Source: a virus | Virus record (IMG/VR): IMGVR_UViG_3300025570_000007 | Length of the DNA: 64,000 bases | Reading direction: 5' to 3' (one strand) | Shown: one piece after another, positions 36,975 to 47,211 of the stretch | Position numbering within the stretch: position 1 is the first letter of the stretch | How the letters are laid out: the number at the start of each line of letters is the position of its first letter | Notes under the pieces: model-generated | Databases searched by the model: none | Told to the model about the DNA's origin: nothing | What the model saw: the letters and a program-made list of their open reading frames with translations, nothing else | Made by a program: the position numbers and the translations under genes

Positions 36975-37520
36975 TTACTTTAGTTTTTTTAATACTTCAT
37001 TTAATAGTGAGTCCACTGGTTGTTTTACTTTATACTTTTCTACATACCCTCCTAATAACGGTGTAGCTATGTCGATATTTTCTCTTAAATTAGCCTTAGT
37101 AATACCTTTCATTTTAAACAGCTCTAACACAACGTCACTATGTGTCTTCTTAGGTGTTTTTGGTGTTTCTACTTTAACTACTAGTTTTTGCTCTCTTATA
37201 GAAGGTTTACTGTTTTCCGCTACTTCTACTGTTACCTTCTTACTGGTCTTGATTAGAAATTCCCCACTCCATGGTGAGAAGAAAGTATCATTAGCTATTA
37301 CTTCTAATTTCAGATTTCCTGATGTACCTTCTTTAAGAAAGCCTTTCAGTTTAGTAACTGGTACTGTACATTCCCCACTGGAGTCTACTTTACCTTCAAA
37401 TAAAAGGCTAGCACCTGTATTTTCAAATACTAGTCTAGCTTGAACATCGTCTATATCTGAACCTTCTACTCCAATCTTACATTTAAAGTCTTCGGTTTTG
37501 TCGGTATAAAATGTATGCAT
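36975..37520 (-). CDS. Hypothetical (structural-associated) protein
   Basis: Late-promoter motif upstream. Confidence 0.55.
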   Translation of the reverse strand: MHTFYTDKTEDFKCKIGVEGSDIDDVQARLVFENTGASLLFEGKVDSSGECTVPVTKLKGFLKEGTSGNLKLEVIANDTFFSPWSGEFLIKTSKKVTVEVAENSKPSIREQKLVVKVETPKTPKKTHSDVVLELFKMKGITKANLRENIDIATPLLGGYVEKYKVKQPVDSLLNEVLKKLK

Positions 37521-37637
37521 TTAATTCGTTTATTATAAATAGCGAGAAGTTATTGAAACGGTGTTCCGGCAATTATTATTAAATCTAAAAAAAAGACCAA
37601 GAGTTACTTGGTCCTTATAAATAGTGTATGTTATTAA

Positions 37638-38513
37638 TTAACTTGCTGTATGTTCTGCTAAAACTTTTTCTACTGCTGCTCTTGCTACTTCGTATTCTAC
37701 AGGACCTGTTTCGTCTGCATATGCTACAGGATCAAGTCTTCCTAGTTTAATAAATGCCTCTATACGTTCTACTGAAGATGCTGATTTATAATCAGAATAC
37801 CATTTACCGTGTATGCTTCCGTCATCGTTCTTTACAAAGTCGCTTTGAATGAAGATTGGCTTGTATGAAGTATTGGTTCTTGAATAGACTTCATCGAAAT
37901 CTAATCCTAATTTTTTACATACTACTAATCCGTCTTCTAGTATACCAAATTTATCGGTATTTAAATAAGGTGTAAAATACCCTACTCTTTCTGCATCCCA
38001 ATTACCCATTCTAAAAGCTGCATCATCGGCATCTCTAAACTCTTGACGACAGTCGGGATATACTGCATGATCTCCTGCATGTATTCCTAATGCAATATCA
38101 CAAGTTTCTCCTGTTCTATTTGCAATTGATAAAGCTACGGCTTGAGCAATAGAAGCAAACATCTTGTTACGGTTAGGTACAACTGTTTCTTTCATATTAT
38201 CTTGCTCATAATGTCCTTCCGGAACATCTTTACCTCCTGTCACTAGTGCCGAGTCTAATAGGTCTACTAGTCCGTCTAACTTAATTTGACGGTACGTAAT
38301 TAAGTCCACATCTGGTTCAACAAGGTCTTTTATGCTACTGTTAAGGTTAACGTAACTTACTAGCGATACAGCTCTTTCTAACTCTACTCTATGTTTTTGA
38401 CCGTAATCAAATGAGATAGCAGTTACGGTATCGTACTCTGTTAAAGCTCTTAATAGTAATGTTGAGGAATCCATCCCTCCTGATAAGGATACTACTACAT
38501 GTTTTTTTGCCAT
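37638..38513 (-). CDS. queC: 7-cyano-7-deazaguanine synthase
   Basis: SGGMDS, FDYGQKH, VPNRN, YPDCR. Confidence 0.93.
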   Translation of the reverse strand: MAKKHVVVSLSGGMDSSTLLLRALTEYDTVTAISFDYGQKHRVELERAVSLVSYVNLNSSIKDLVEPDVDLITYRQIKLDGLVDLLDSALVTGGKDVPEGHYEQDNMKETVVPNRNKMFASIAQAVALSIANRTGETCDIALGIHAGDHAVYPDCRQEFRDADDAAFRMGNWDAERVGYFTPYLNTDKFGILEDGLVVCKKLGLDFDEVYSRTNTSYKPIFIQSDFVKNDDGSIHGKWYSDYKSASSVERIEAFIKLGRLDPVAYADETGPVEYEVARAAVEKVLAEHTAS

Positions 38514-38571
38514 GTTTATTTAAATTTAAAATTTGCCAGGTATTGTAAAGCGTATAGGCAAACGCTTGAAC

Positions 38572-38877
38572 TTAATCGACGTTTGCGATACTGCTCATTT
38601 TATCTTTAATCTCTTCCCAAGCTTTAAGATAAGCACCCACTGTTTTGTAGTGTTTGTTTTTATGGTCTTGAAGGTACTTAGCTGTTCTCTTCAGTGCTGA
38701 GTTAAATGTTGAGGGGTAACATAGTGCATCAATATACTTTGTGTTATTCTCTCCTCTAATTACTCTTTTGTAAATGGTATACCCTCCTGCATCTGATTTT
38801 GTAATAAAGTAAGGTTCCATTGCTGGGTCTTCAATGATTGTATCTCTTGAAGGAATTGAATCTGGTTTACGTAACAT
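38572..38877 (-). CDS. Hypothetical protein
   Basis: ORF track. Confidence 0.55.
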   Translation of the reverse strand: MLRKPDSIPSRDTIIEDPAMEPYFITKSDAGGYTIYKRVIRGENNTKYIDALCYPSTFNSALKRTAKYLQDHKNKHYKTVGAYLKAWEEIKDKMSSIANVD

Positions 38878-38898
38878 AACTTATTTAATTTATAAAAT

Positions 38899-39243
38899 TT
38901 ATTTCCAAAATACTTGTACTACTACTATAATAAAAGACAGAAGTAAGGTAATACCTGTCTTAAGGTTTATACCTTCCCCCAGATGTACATAAGTTAGAGA
39001 AGCCATAATAATCATACCTGTTGAAAAACCTACTAACCTTCCTGGCCATAATAAGCCGTCAAAGCCTTTTACCGCATACGTTGTTGCAACTATTAGTATA
39101 TAACTCACAGGCCATCCTATTATTGCTAACAGCCAAGGCCTATCTTTTGCCCATTCTGACAGGAATTGGGCATTTGTCTGGTACCATATGATCAGTTGAC
39201 CGGCTGTGAATAGGCAGAGTGCTATTATTATATCTTTATTCAC
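38899..39243 (-). CDS. Four-TM small membrane protein (SMR/DMT-like)
   Basis: Four hydrophobic helices, GE motif. Confidence 0.55.
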   Translation of the reverse strand: MNKDIIIALCLFTAGQLIIWYQTNAQFLSEWAKDRPWLLAIIGWPVSYILIVATTYAVKGFDGLLWPGRLVGFSTGMIIMASLTYVHLGEGINLKTGITLLLSFIIVVVQVFWK

Positions 39244-39387
39244 CTATTGAACGCCTCTTGCTCTGTAGTGGTTAGCTCTAGATCTCTTTTCTATCTTTGT
39301 CTTGATAGTATCTCCTTTTACTGTGTTAAATTGCTTTAACCATTCATCTAACTGTGCTACTCTTGCTCTTGCGCTATTTTTTGACAT
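39244..39387 (-). CDS. Small basic protein (47 aa)
   Basis: MSKNSARARVAQLDEWLKQF...; promoter motif upstream. Confidence 0.45.
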   Translation of the reverse strand: MSKNSARARVAQLDEWLKQFNTVKGDTIKTKIEKRSRANHYRARGVQ

Positions 39388-39438
39388 CTTTATCTAGTTT
39401 ATTTACATTAAGATAAGGTAATTTTCCCACATAGCCAA

Positions 39439-39876
39439 CTATTTCATCTTATTTCCATCGACTGTAATCTCATGCCAGTGTACTCGACCTTCCTCAATTG
39501 CTTTTTTTATATTTTTCTGCTTTCCCATTAGGAAAGCGTTTCCACTTTTCACCTCTACAAAATGTACTGAAGCTTTTGATGGACTTCCTGAGTCTTTAAA
39601 GCAGACATAGTCTATAGGCATTCCTAGAAATACGCAATCTTCTGGCGGAACGGGGAAATCAGTCATGAAGGGTACGAAATGTTCAATAGTCTTACCCCAT
39701 TGTACTGCGCCTGATCTCTTCTTAGCATCTATTCTAATCCTGCCTCTCTCTTTTTCAAATTCTTCCTTAATTTGCTGAACTTCTTTTTGATGTTCTTTGG
39801 TTCTTTTTTTTGAGGCTACGTAACTAACTGCTAGACCTATTAACAGTATTATTGCTATCCCTATGTTTATTCCCAT
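39439..39876 (-). CDS. Membrane-anchored Holliday-junction-resolvase-like endonuclease
   Basis: EHFVPF, FLGMPIDYV, FVEVKSG. Confidence 0.8.
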   Translation of the reverse strand: MGINIGIAIILLIGLAVSYVASKKRTKEHQKEVQQIKEEFEKERGRIRIDAKKRSGAVQWGKTIEHFVPFMTDFPVPPEDCVFLGMPIDYVCFKDSGSPSKASVHFVEVKSGNAFLMGKQKNIKKAIEEGRVHWHEITVDGNKMK

Positions 39877-39920
39877 ACTATCTTCTGTTTTAATTAACCT
39901 TTATTTTAGTAAGTTTCGTA

Positions 39921-40286
39921 TTAATTAAGTATTCCCTTTAGCCAAGAGTACCTTTTTCTAGTTTCAAAGTAATCTAAGTTATTCTGGTTAGCGTATGCTT
40001 CTTTTTCTGCTGCTAAATGATAATATGCTTTAGATCCAAATTTAAAAAGTTTAAAAGCCCACTCTATTACGTACAGTAGGTAGAAGGGGACTACCCCTAT
40101 TTCTAAAGCTTGTTGAAAATGTATCGATTCGTGATTAACGGTTGTTATTCCTTTCTTAGCATGAGTGCCTCCCTCTTTATACTTTTCTCTAAGAATAATA
40201 AAGGGCCACAGTGAAATGCCTCCTATGCTCATAAATATTGAAATGCTTTTTAAAAATCTGTCACTGTATATAATTACTGGTTTCAT
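39921..40286 (-). CDS. HExxH-containing protein
   Basis: NHESIH...EKEAY. Confidence 0.6.
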   Translation of the reverse strand: MKPVIIYSDRFLKSISIFMSIGGISLWPFIILREKYKEGGTHAKKGITTVNHESIHFQQALEIGVVPFYLLYVIEWAFKLFKFGSKAYYHLAAEKEAYANQNNLDYFETRKRYSWLKGILN

Positions 40287-40315
40287 ATTGGTGTTTTATT
40301 CTGATAAATATAGGT

Positions 40316-41665
40316 TTATCCTTTTTTATCAAATAATTCTTCCATTTTTTCTCTTGACAGGTTAAAGGAAGGTCCTGAAGATTCTTCATCTCTTTCTTCG
40401 AATAGTCCTTTCTCATCAAACTCTATGTGACCGTTGTTAGTATCCATCTTTACGCTGTATGTCATACCGTCATTTCCGTACCTATTCTTCATAAAGTGTA
40501 TTCTACCTGTTCCCAGTACCTTATCTTCTTTCATTCTCGACAAAGACATACATATGTCTGCTACCATCATCTTATCGTAAGACCCTGCTGCCTTATCTCC
40601 TTCGATTACACTATCTTTTGCTCCCATTCGGTTAACCTGTGAAGGAGTTAGTATTGGAATCTTTAATTCTTTTGCTAATCCTTTTGTAGCAATAAATACA
40701 TCGTCAATTTCATCTTTCCTGTCACTAAACTTACCTTTTGAAGGTGCTCTTAGGTAATCAACATAATCTATAATAACTAAATCAGGCTTATGTCCCATAT
40801 CTTCACATTTTTGAATATGTGATCGTATTGTAGATACTGAAGCTCCTTTTGGTGGGTACTCTTTAACGATAAGCTTACCTTTTAGGTTATTTACTATATC
40901 CTGTACCTCTTCTCTGTGCTTCTGAACGTCATCGATACTGTACCCTGTTAGGTAGCAGTCAAATCTCTTACCTACATAAGCTTCTCCTAACTCTAGGGTA
41001 TAGAAATTAACATTGAATCCTAGTTTTACAGCATGTGCAGCCATTGCAACCATTGTCCAAGATTTACCTCCACCCGGATTACCGAACATAATGACTAGAT
41101 CTCCGGGACCAAAGCCTCCTTGAATAGCATCATTCATTAAAGGCCAAGGAGTTGGAACAGTAGGTCTATAGTCTTCCCTATACCGGGATTCTACATCTTT
41201 ATTATACTCATGTCCAATATTCTTATCCATTCCTGCCTTCATGGCTTTCTCAATCATGTTACGTATCCCGTCATAATCCCCATCTCTTAGCAGGTCTGTA
41301 GAATTTAAGATAGCTTGCTTCATTTCTTGGTTTTTGCAGAATGTTGCAAACTCTTCCTGTACGTACTTTAAGTCGTCCTGCGAAGCTTCGTACGAATTTC
41401 TCAACTCTTCCTTTAGTGCTATCTGTAATATGTCCTTATCTACTTTTTGGAGTTCTACTTTTATAACATCCATGGTAATAGTAGTATGGTACTTATCAAA
41501 ATACTCTATAATCTGGTTTACAATCCACCTATGTGCATCTGAGTCAAAGTACTCTTCTTTTAGTACATCTCTTATGGTGAGTATGAAGGTCTTGTCTGTT
41601 AGTAAGGCACCCAGTACCTTTAGTTGAAATCCTTTACCGTATTGATTTAATGCTTTTAGTGTCAT
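40316..41665 (-). CDS. dnaB: DnaB-like replicative helicase
   Basis: GNPGGGKS, TLE, IIDYVDYL, SQVNR, KNRYG. Confidence 0.92.
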   Translation of the reverse strand: MTLKALNQYGKGFQLKVLGALLTDKTFILTIRDVLKEEYFDSDAHRWIVNQIIEYFDKYHTTITMDVIKVELQKVDKDILQIALKEELRNSYEASQDDLKYVQEEFATFCKNQEMKQAILNSTDLLRDGDYDGIRNMIEKAMKAGMDKNIGHEYNKDVESRYREDYRPTVPTPWPLMNDAIQGGFGPGDLVIMFGNPGGGKSWTMVAMAAHAVKLGFNVNFYTLELGEAYVGKRFDCYLTGYSIDDVQKHREEVQDIVNNLKGKLIVKEYPPKGASVSTIRSHIQKCEDMGHKPDLVIIDYVDYLRAPSKGKFSDRKDEIDDVFIATKGLAKELKIPILTPSQVNRMGAKDSVIEGDKAAGSYDKMMVADICMSLSRMKEDKVLGTGRIHFMKNRYGNDGMTYSVKMDTNNGHIEFDEKGLFEERDEESSGPSFNLSREKMEELFDKKG

Positions 41666-41672
41666 TTATAAC

Positions 41673-42704
41673 TTATTTTTTTACCCCTATTAATCCTCTA
41701 AAATTTTCTAGCCAACTCTCTGTGCTTTTCGTAATACTTTCCACTTTATCATGCTGTAACATACTAAGGAATCCTCCTGTCTGCATCGGCGGAACTGGTT
41801 TAGATATCTCTTCTACTATGTATTGCTTTTCCCCATCATCTAACACTGTCTCATGAAGATTCATTAGCTGGTAGTTAGTCTCTACCTTATCCCAATTTTC
41901 TACAATATTAATAAAGACTTTTTTTACTTTGTCACCTTCTAATTTTTTTGCACAAACATCGTAAATGTAATCTAACTCGATAAACGGATCTGTATTGACT
42001 GCAGGAAATTCTTTAAGAATAGTTTTTATCCCCAGTCCTCTAACTCCTGATAAGTTATCAGATTTATCACCTGTTAAGGCTTTTATTATATTATAATTCT
42101 CAGGTATTACCCCTAATTCTTCTTGTAAGTTATCCGGAGTGAATACTTTCTTTTTTACTGGCGCATATACTTGTATGTTACTATCTACTAGTTGTAGAAA
42201 ATCCTTATCTGAGGATACTATTGTGCATTTCTTACCTCCTGCTTTTATTTTTAATGCAAGGTATGCTATTATATCATCCGCCTCTAATTTCTCCATTTGA
42301 AGCTGCTGTAGAGGTAAACATTCAAGATAGTCTTGTGTTCTGTACAACTGTCCTATAAGAGCTTCTGTTTCCTGCTCTTTAGTATCGTATAGTCCCCAGT
42401 GAGTAATTCTTGCAGTTGCTCTTTGAGCTTTATAATTTGAATCTATATTCTTTCTATTTCCTGATCCACCTTTTCCATCCCAGACTACTATAACTCTTGT
42501 AGGATCAAACATCCTAGTCATGTAACCTAGACTTCTTAAGAAACCTAAAAAGCCACCTGTATGATGGCCTTCTGGGTTCATGGACTTGATTAATGCAAAG
42601 CTACGAATTAACATGTTCATAGCATCTATTATTAATATATGGTCATTTAACTGTCTTGGCGGTCCTTCTTTTAATTTATTTAAAATACTTCCGTAGTCGT
42701 TCAC
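41673..42704 (-). CDS. 5'-3' exonuclease (FEN/RNase H-like)
   Basis: IDAMN, YKAQR, EADDII, SSDKDFLQL, GDKSDN. Confidence 0.92.
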   Translation of the reverse strand: MNDYGSILNKLKEGPPRQLNDHILIIDAMNMLIRSFALIKSMNPEGHHTGGFLGFLRSLGYMTRMFDPTRVIVVWDGKGGSGNRKNIDSNYKAQRATARITHWGLYDTKEQETEALIGQLYRTQDYLECLPLQQLQMEKLEADDIIAYLALKIKAGGKKCTIVSSDKDFLQLVDSNIQVYAPVKKKVFTPDNLQEELGVIPENYNIIKALTGDKSDNLSGVRGLGIKTILKEFPAVNTDPFIELDYIYDVCAKKLEGDKVKKVFINIVENWDKVETNYQLMNLHETVLDDGEKQYIVEEISKPVPPMQTGGFLSMLQHDKVESITKSTESWLENFRGLIGVKK

Positions 42705-43777
42705 TAATTTAGTGGTTTTATGTTAGGCCTGTCTTCTTCTAAATCGCCTTCTTCTACTAAGTCAAACTTATCTGACCCTAGTAGTTCAAACCACCTATCT
42801 TTATGTTCAGCTTTGTAGTTATCTATTGCTTTTTTCTCATCTTCTATAAACCCATGAGCTGTCATAACAATCTTACCTCTAGATTGTACACCGCCTATGT
42901 GATTTTTCTCTATCTGCACATTTGTCTTTTTAGCAAACTCAACCTGCTTACCTCCGTTAATAGCTTTTATCTTAGAAGTTCCCGGATTTGTAATATTACC
43001 AAATGTAATAATTAATGTAGCATCATACCACATCGTCATTCCGTTCTTATTCTGTAATTTAGGCTGTCCCATTGGGTGTTCCGGTTTCGCCGTCCAGACC
43101 TTGTTGATTGCAATAAGAGTGTTTGTATACTTTGTACCTTCCTTTCTTGAAAGTAGTATCTTTTGATTCATATTGTTACCAAACTGAGTAGACATAGCAC
43201 CGGCATTCCATTCATTGTTGTTCTTATTAGAACGAACGGATAAGTCACATGGTACTGATCCTATAGAATCCCAAAAGAAACATAAGTCATACGGTAAGTT
43301 ACCTTTTTGCTGTTCATCCATTAGGTCTGCCATGTAAACAGCAACATCTTCTATTGTGTTTAGTGTACCCCTATCAGCATAAAGGAAAAAACCTTCGTAA
43401 TCTAGTATCTCACCTGTACTTTCATCAACTACTTCTTCAAAGTCAAGGCCCATTATTCTACTGTGTTCCCAAGACCATTTCATCTCAGTTACTATAAATA
43501 CTGGTAGAGTTCCTCTCTTTTGGCATTCTATTGCAGCTTCAATTAATGCGGTTGTCTTACCTGTATCACTATGTCCTCTAAGTAGTGTAATATGCCCTAC
43601 AGGGTAGCCTGGTAGTGAAGTGATTTCTTGCAGTGCAGGAGACATTGGTATGTATTCTTGCTCTTTAAACTTAACAGAGGTTAGAGCGTACCCTTTCTTC
43701 TTCTTAAAACTTCCGAGATTAAAATTTTTCTTGACTGCCGCAGATGCGGCGTCCTGTACGCTCTTTTTCTTTGCCAT
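42704..43777 (-). CDS. RecA/UvsX-like recombinase
   Basis: GHSDTGKTT, WDSIGS. Confidence 0.85.
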   Translation of the reverse strand: MAKKKSVQDAASAAVKKNFNLGSFKKKKGYALTSVKFKEQEYIPMSPALQEITSLPGYPVGHITLLRGHSDTGKTTALIEAAIECQKRGTLPVFIVTEMKWSWEHSRIMGLDFEEVVDESTGEILDYEGFFLYADRGTLNTIEDVAVYMADLMDEQQKGNLPYDLCFFWDSIGSVPCDLSVRSNKNNNEWNAGAMSTQFGNNMNQKILLSRKEGTKYTNTLIAINKVWTAKPEHPMGQPKLQNKNGMTMWYDATLIITFGNITNPGTSKIKAINGGKQVEFAKKTNVQIEKNHIGGVQSRGKIVMTAHGFIEDEKKAIDNYKAEHKDRWFELLGSDKFDLVEEGDLEEDRPNIKPLN

Positions 43778-43783
43778 TCCTAA

Positions 43784-44638
43784 TTAGTTAAATAAGTCGT
43801 CGAATTTTGCTACTGCACCTTTCTTATTCTCTGTTGCAGTCTCTAAGGTAAAGTCTGTTTTTTGCTTTCCTAATGCTTCAGGAAGGTCTTTGTCTTCTTT
43901 CAAAGATTCGGACTTAGTAGCTTTCTTAGCTTCTACCTCTTCTTTTGAAGGAAACGGTGATTCATCTTGAGATTTTTCTTCTACTGCGTTTGGATCTAAG
44001 TAGCTCTTAAGCTGTGTCTTAATGTGGTCGTAACTATATTGAGTAAAAGATTCTTCTGCTATTGGCTGTTCTTTTAACCATAACTCAACTTGCTTATTAT
44101 CTTCTGATAATGGGGTTTGTTTAGGTTTAATTCGAACACTAGTTTCAGGGTAAGGGTTTCCTTTTTGCTTATCAACTACCAAGTCCCATCCGTTAATAAC
44201 ATCAGTGAAATCACCTATGTCTTCATCTTCTGCTAAAGCAAGTAATGCTTTGTATATAGTTACACCAAATCCGTATAACCTAACTCCCTGATCTTCTTCA
44301 CCTCTTACGATTACCGGAGCATATATTCTAAGTTTTGGATTAAGTTTTCCTGATAGTGACCAGTTGTCCTTATCATCTGTTTTACGTAATTCTTTTACGA
44401 ATTCGTCAATAGGGTCTTGTTTACCGAAGTTTGATAAAGCTATCATTGGGAACTTTCCTATATTAAAGTGAAACTTTAATTCAGTAAAAGGATAAGCTGG
44501 GTTGTTTACTGCAGGGACTATCCGAATGGTCTGTTTACCGAATTCTGGTTTCCAAAAGATTTTTGAGAAGTCAATCTTCTCTCTATCGTTGTCACTGTTA
44601 AGAGCATCTAGCTTAGCTCTGATTGCATTAATGTCCAT
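43784..44638 (-). CDS. gp32-like single-stranded DNA-binding protein
   Basis: FWKP..IRIVP; acidic tail FDDLFN; context. Confidence 0.75.
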   Translation of the reverse strand: MDINAIRAKLDALNSDNDREKIDFSKIFWKPEFGKQTIRIVPAVNNPAYPFTELKFHFNIGKFPMIALSNFGKQDPIDEFVKELRKTDDKDNWSLSGKLNPKLRIYAPVIVRGEEDQGVRLYGFGVTIYKALLALAEDEDIGDFTDVINGWDLVVDKQKGNPYPETSVRIKPKQTPLSEDNKQVELWLKEQPIAEESFTQYSYDHIKTQLKSYLDPNAVEEKSQDESPFPSKEEVEAKKATKSESLKEDKDLPEALGKQKTDFTLETATENKKGAVAKFDDLFN

Positions 44639-44705
44639 ATGTTAAATTTGTTTAATTTACTATTTCTGTTTAACATAATTTAGGAAAAAGATTTCAATTA
44701 GACAA

Positions 44706-45173
44706 CTAAAGCTCAATTAGTTTGTGTAGCTTTGTACCTACCTGCTTTAATTCAACACCCTTAGTTAGAAGTACGCAGTTTCTGTAGTTATTCCAGTCTA
44801 TTCTGAAGGAAGTATCTAGTACTCCTCCGTTCAATTCTTTAATCAGTAGGTTAAGTGCGTTTATTGTATATAACGTGTTTGTTTCTTTTTTTCGATGTAC
44901 TAAAATAGTATTATCTAAAAAATTGTTAATATTTCCAAAATCTACGTTGTAAGTACATAGGTACTCATCTTGTTGTTTTGAATATAGTACAAATATCTTA
45001 TTGTAGAGAATTTTATAACTAGTCTCTATAGTAGTTAACACTTCTTCTAACTCTTCTCCGGTAGAAAAAGTGCAAAACAACTTATTACTCATATCTTCAT
45101 TTCTAAAAGCTGATCCGGTGTCGTAGTCGAATTTGCTTATTAACGTATCGTTCATATATAAATAGTTACTCAA
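44706..45173 (-). CDS. Hypothetical protein
   Basis: ORF track. Confidence 0.6.
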   Translation of the reverse strand: MSNYLYMNDTLISKFDYDTGSAFRNEDMSNKLFCTFSTGEELEEVLTTIETSYKILYNKIFVLYSKQQDEYLCTYNVDFGNINNFLDNTILVHRKKETNTLYTINALNLLIKELNGGVLDTSFRIDWNNYRNCVLLTKGVELKQVGTKLHKLIEL

Positions 45174-45175
45174 TT

Positions 45176-46507
45176 CTATAAACTCAGATCCTTACTAAAT
45201 TGAAATTTTACGGGGTATTTTTTACCCTCCTCTAGTATTTTCTGTAGTTCTTCTAAGGTTTCCTTTCCGTCTTCTTTCTTAAAGTCTATTATAATCGCAT
45301 CATAAACGTATAACACTACTTTAGAATGTTTTCCGGATAAGTACCTTAGTACTTCTTTTAATATACGTATATTCCTCGAAGTCTCCAACGATTGCATCAT
45401 ATAGTTCATCAACTTGGCTGGATGCATGTCTTCTAGTTCTTTTGTGAAGGGTTTTTTTGATATTGGGTCATAGACTACTCCCTCTTCTTGGTAGGTTCTC
45501 CACATAGTATCTATAAATTGCTGTATTAACCTAAAGATAGGTAGGTTTTTATGCTGCACAGGTATCTTACCGTATATTGCATGGAAGTTTATCTGCTTTG
45601 CTTTTAAGTATTCTTCATCTGTAATCTCATCTTTACCGAAATATAGCTTAGCTAACTGCTTATGTGCTGATTCTTCGGTTAGCTCGTACCCTACTTGTTC
45701 AGCTAACAACCTTAAATGGTATCCATCAAAGTCAAACTCAACAAAGAAGTCGTTTATAGGTGTAAACACTCCTCTATGTTCCCTTGTCTTAGGAATAGCT
45801 GCAAAATTAACCGAGTTAAATGCGTTAGTTGGCCTAGAAGTGCTATTATATAGGTTATACTGTGTATATGCCACACTACACTCTATATTGTGAACAGGAT
45901 TTCGTGGTTGAAACAGTTCTACGAAGGATTCGTACTGTATTCCTATCCCTTGCTGTTCTACCATAAAGAATACATTTGCTGCAAGCTTATTATAGTAGTC
46001 GAATCCTGAAGGGATATTAAGATCTACTTTTTTCGTGTTAAATACGTGTTTATACTCGTTTTCGCACCTTTCGTACAATTTACCTAACGGTATAAGTTTA
46101 TTAAGGTCTTTCTTACTACTGTGCTTAATGTAGTACCAGTTAATCAGTGTACTACTATCAGGAAGTTCTAACCTTTCGTAATGATTCATTGAATAGATTA
46201 GTGATATGTCTATAGCATCCTGTAAGTTAAGGTGGTACAGTAGATTCTTCTTATTCTTTACGTATAGTATTGTAAATTTCTTTAAGATATCATAAACACG
46301 TTGTTTTACTACGTTTAGACCCTCTTCGTGATCGATAGGAATGATATACCCTTGTGGGGATTCTAACGGACGTATGTAGATTGCTACAGTTTCTGTCAGA
46401 TAAGGGTGATACATGTCGTTTGTTGTAATAACGTCAAGGTAGCCTCCTCTACTGCTCTGTTCTTCAAGCCAGTCTAACTGATCTTCTGTTTCTAGTATAT
46501 AAAACAT
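45176..46507 (-). CDS. Second, compact family A polymerase-like protein
   Basis: Motif A FDFDGYHLRLL, motif B KAKQINFHAIYG, motif C YVYDAI. Confidence 0.75.
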   Translation of the reverse strand: MFYILETEDQLDWLEEQSSRGGYLDVITTNDMYHPYLTETVAIYIRPLESPQGYIIPIDHEEGLNVVKQRVYDILKKFTILYVKNKKNLLYHLNLQDAIDISLIYSMNHYERLELPDSSTLINWYYIKHSSKKDLNKLIPLGKLYERCENEYKHVFNTKKVDLNIPSGFDYYNKLAANVFFMVEQQGIGIQYESFVELFQPRNPVHNIECSVAYTQYNLYNSTSRPTNAFNSVNFAAIPKTREHRGVFTPINDFFVEFDFDGYHLRLLAEQVGYELTEESAHKQLAKLYFGKDEITDEEYLKAKQINFHAIYGKIPVQHKNLPIFRLIQQFIDTMWRTYQEEGVVYDPISKKPFTKELEDMHPAKLMNYMMQSLETSRNIRILKEVLRYLSGKHSKVVLYVYDAIIIDFKKEDGKETLEELQKILEEGKKYPVKFQFSKDLSL

Positions 46508-46552
46508 CTATAATATAACCTTTTTATCTAATATACGTAATCTATATCAGAT

Positions 46553-47197
46553 CTACAACTTCCTTCCTGGTGCTGGAATATCAAAAGATGTGTTCTCCGG
46601 TCTAGTCTTGCTTTTTTGTACTAAGTCTGCTGGTGTTTCTTCAACATATTGTGTGAAATCCGTAATTAATGCGGTAATCCCTGGCATTTCTCTATTGAAT
46701 AGCTGTGTAGACCTTCTATTTACGCTCTCAGCACCCCTATATACACGGTTATCCACTGTTATATCCTTTACTGGTCCTCTTAATCTCCAATTTAGTATAC
46801 CGATTACTTCATATAGAGGAGTACCTTTAAACTTTCTATCAAAATCTACTTCAGATACCTCTTTTATCTTACCTGTTGATAAGTTCTTACTAAAGTATCT
46901 TCCGGTTATTCCTAATTTCATCTCTCTTTCAGTAGGTTTAAATACTATTGGTGTAGTATCGTAACTAGTTTGTACTTCTGAGTCTGAATTTAGTATGTTA
47001 TCTATAGCTTTACTTGCGAATAGTTGAACTGCATTAGTAAATATACCTAATGCAAGGTCAGCAACCGGTACATCGAAGAACTGTCCTGCAGATGTCTTAA
47101 TTACAGAGGATTTTTTATAGTTATTACCTTCACTATCTTTAAGTGGAGGTACATCCTGTGTTTTTTCTTTTTTATATTGGTGATTAGGTAAGTACAT
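46553..47197 (-). CDS. Hypothetical protein (tail region)
   Basis: ORF track. Confidence 0.55.
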   Translation of the reverse strand: MYLPNHQYKKEKTQDVPPLKDSEGNNYKKSSVIKTSAGQFFDVPVADLALGIFTNAVQLFASKAIDNILNSDSEVQTSYDTTPIVFKPTEREMKLGITGRYFSKNLSTGKIKEVSEVDFDRKFKGTPLYEVIGILNWRLRGPVKDITVDNRVYRGAESVNRRSTQLFNREMPGITALITDFTQYVEETPADLVQKSKTRPENTSFDIPAPGRKL

Positions 47198-47211
47198 GTT
47201 AGTTTTTTATG

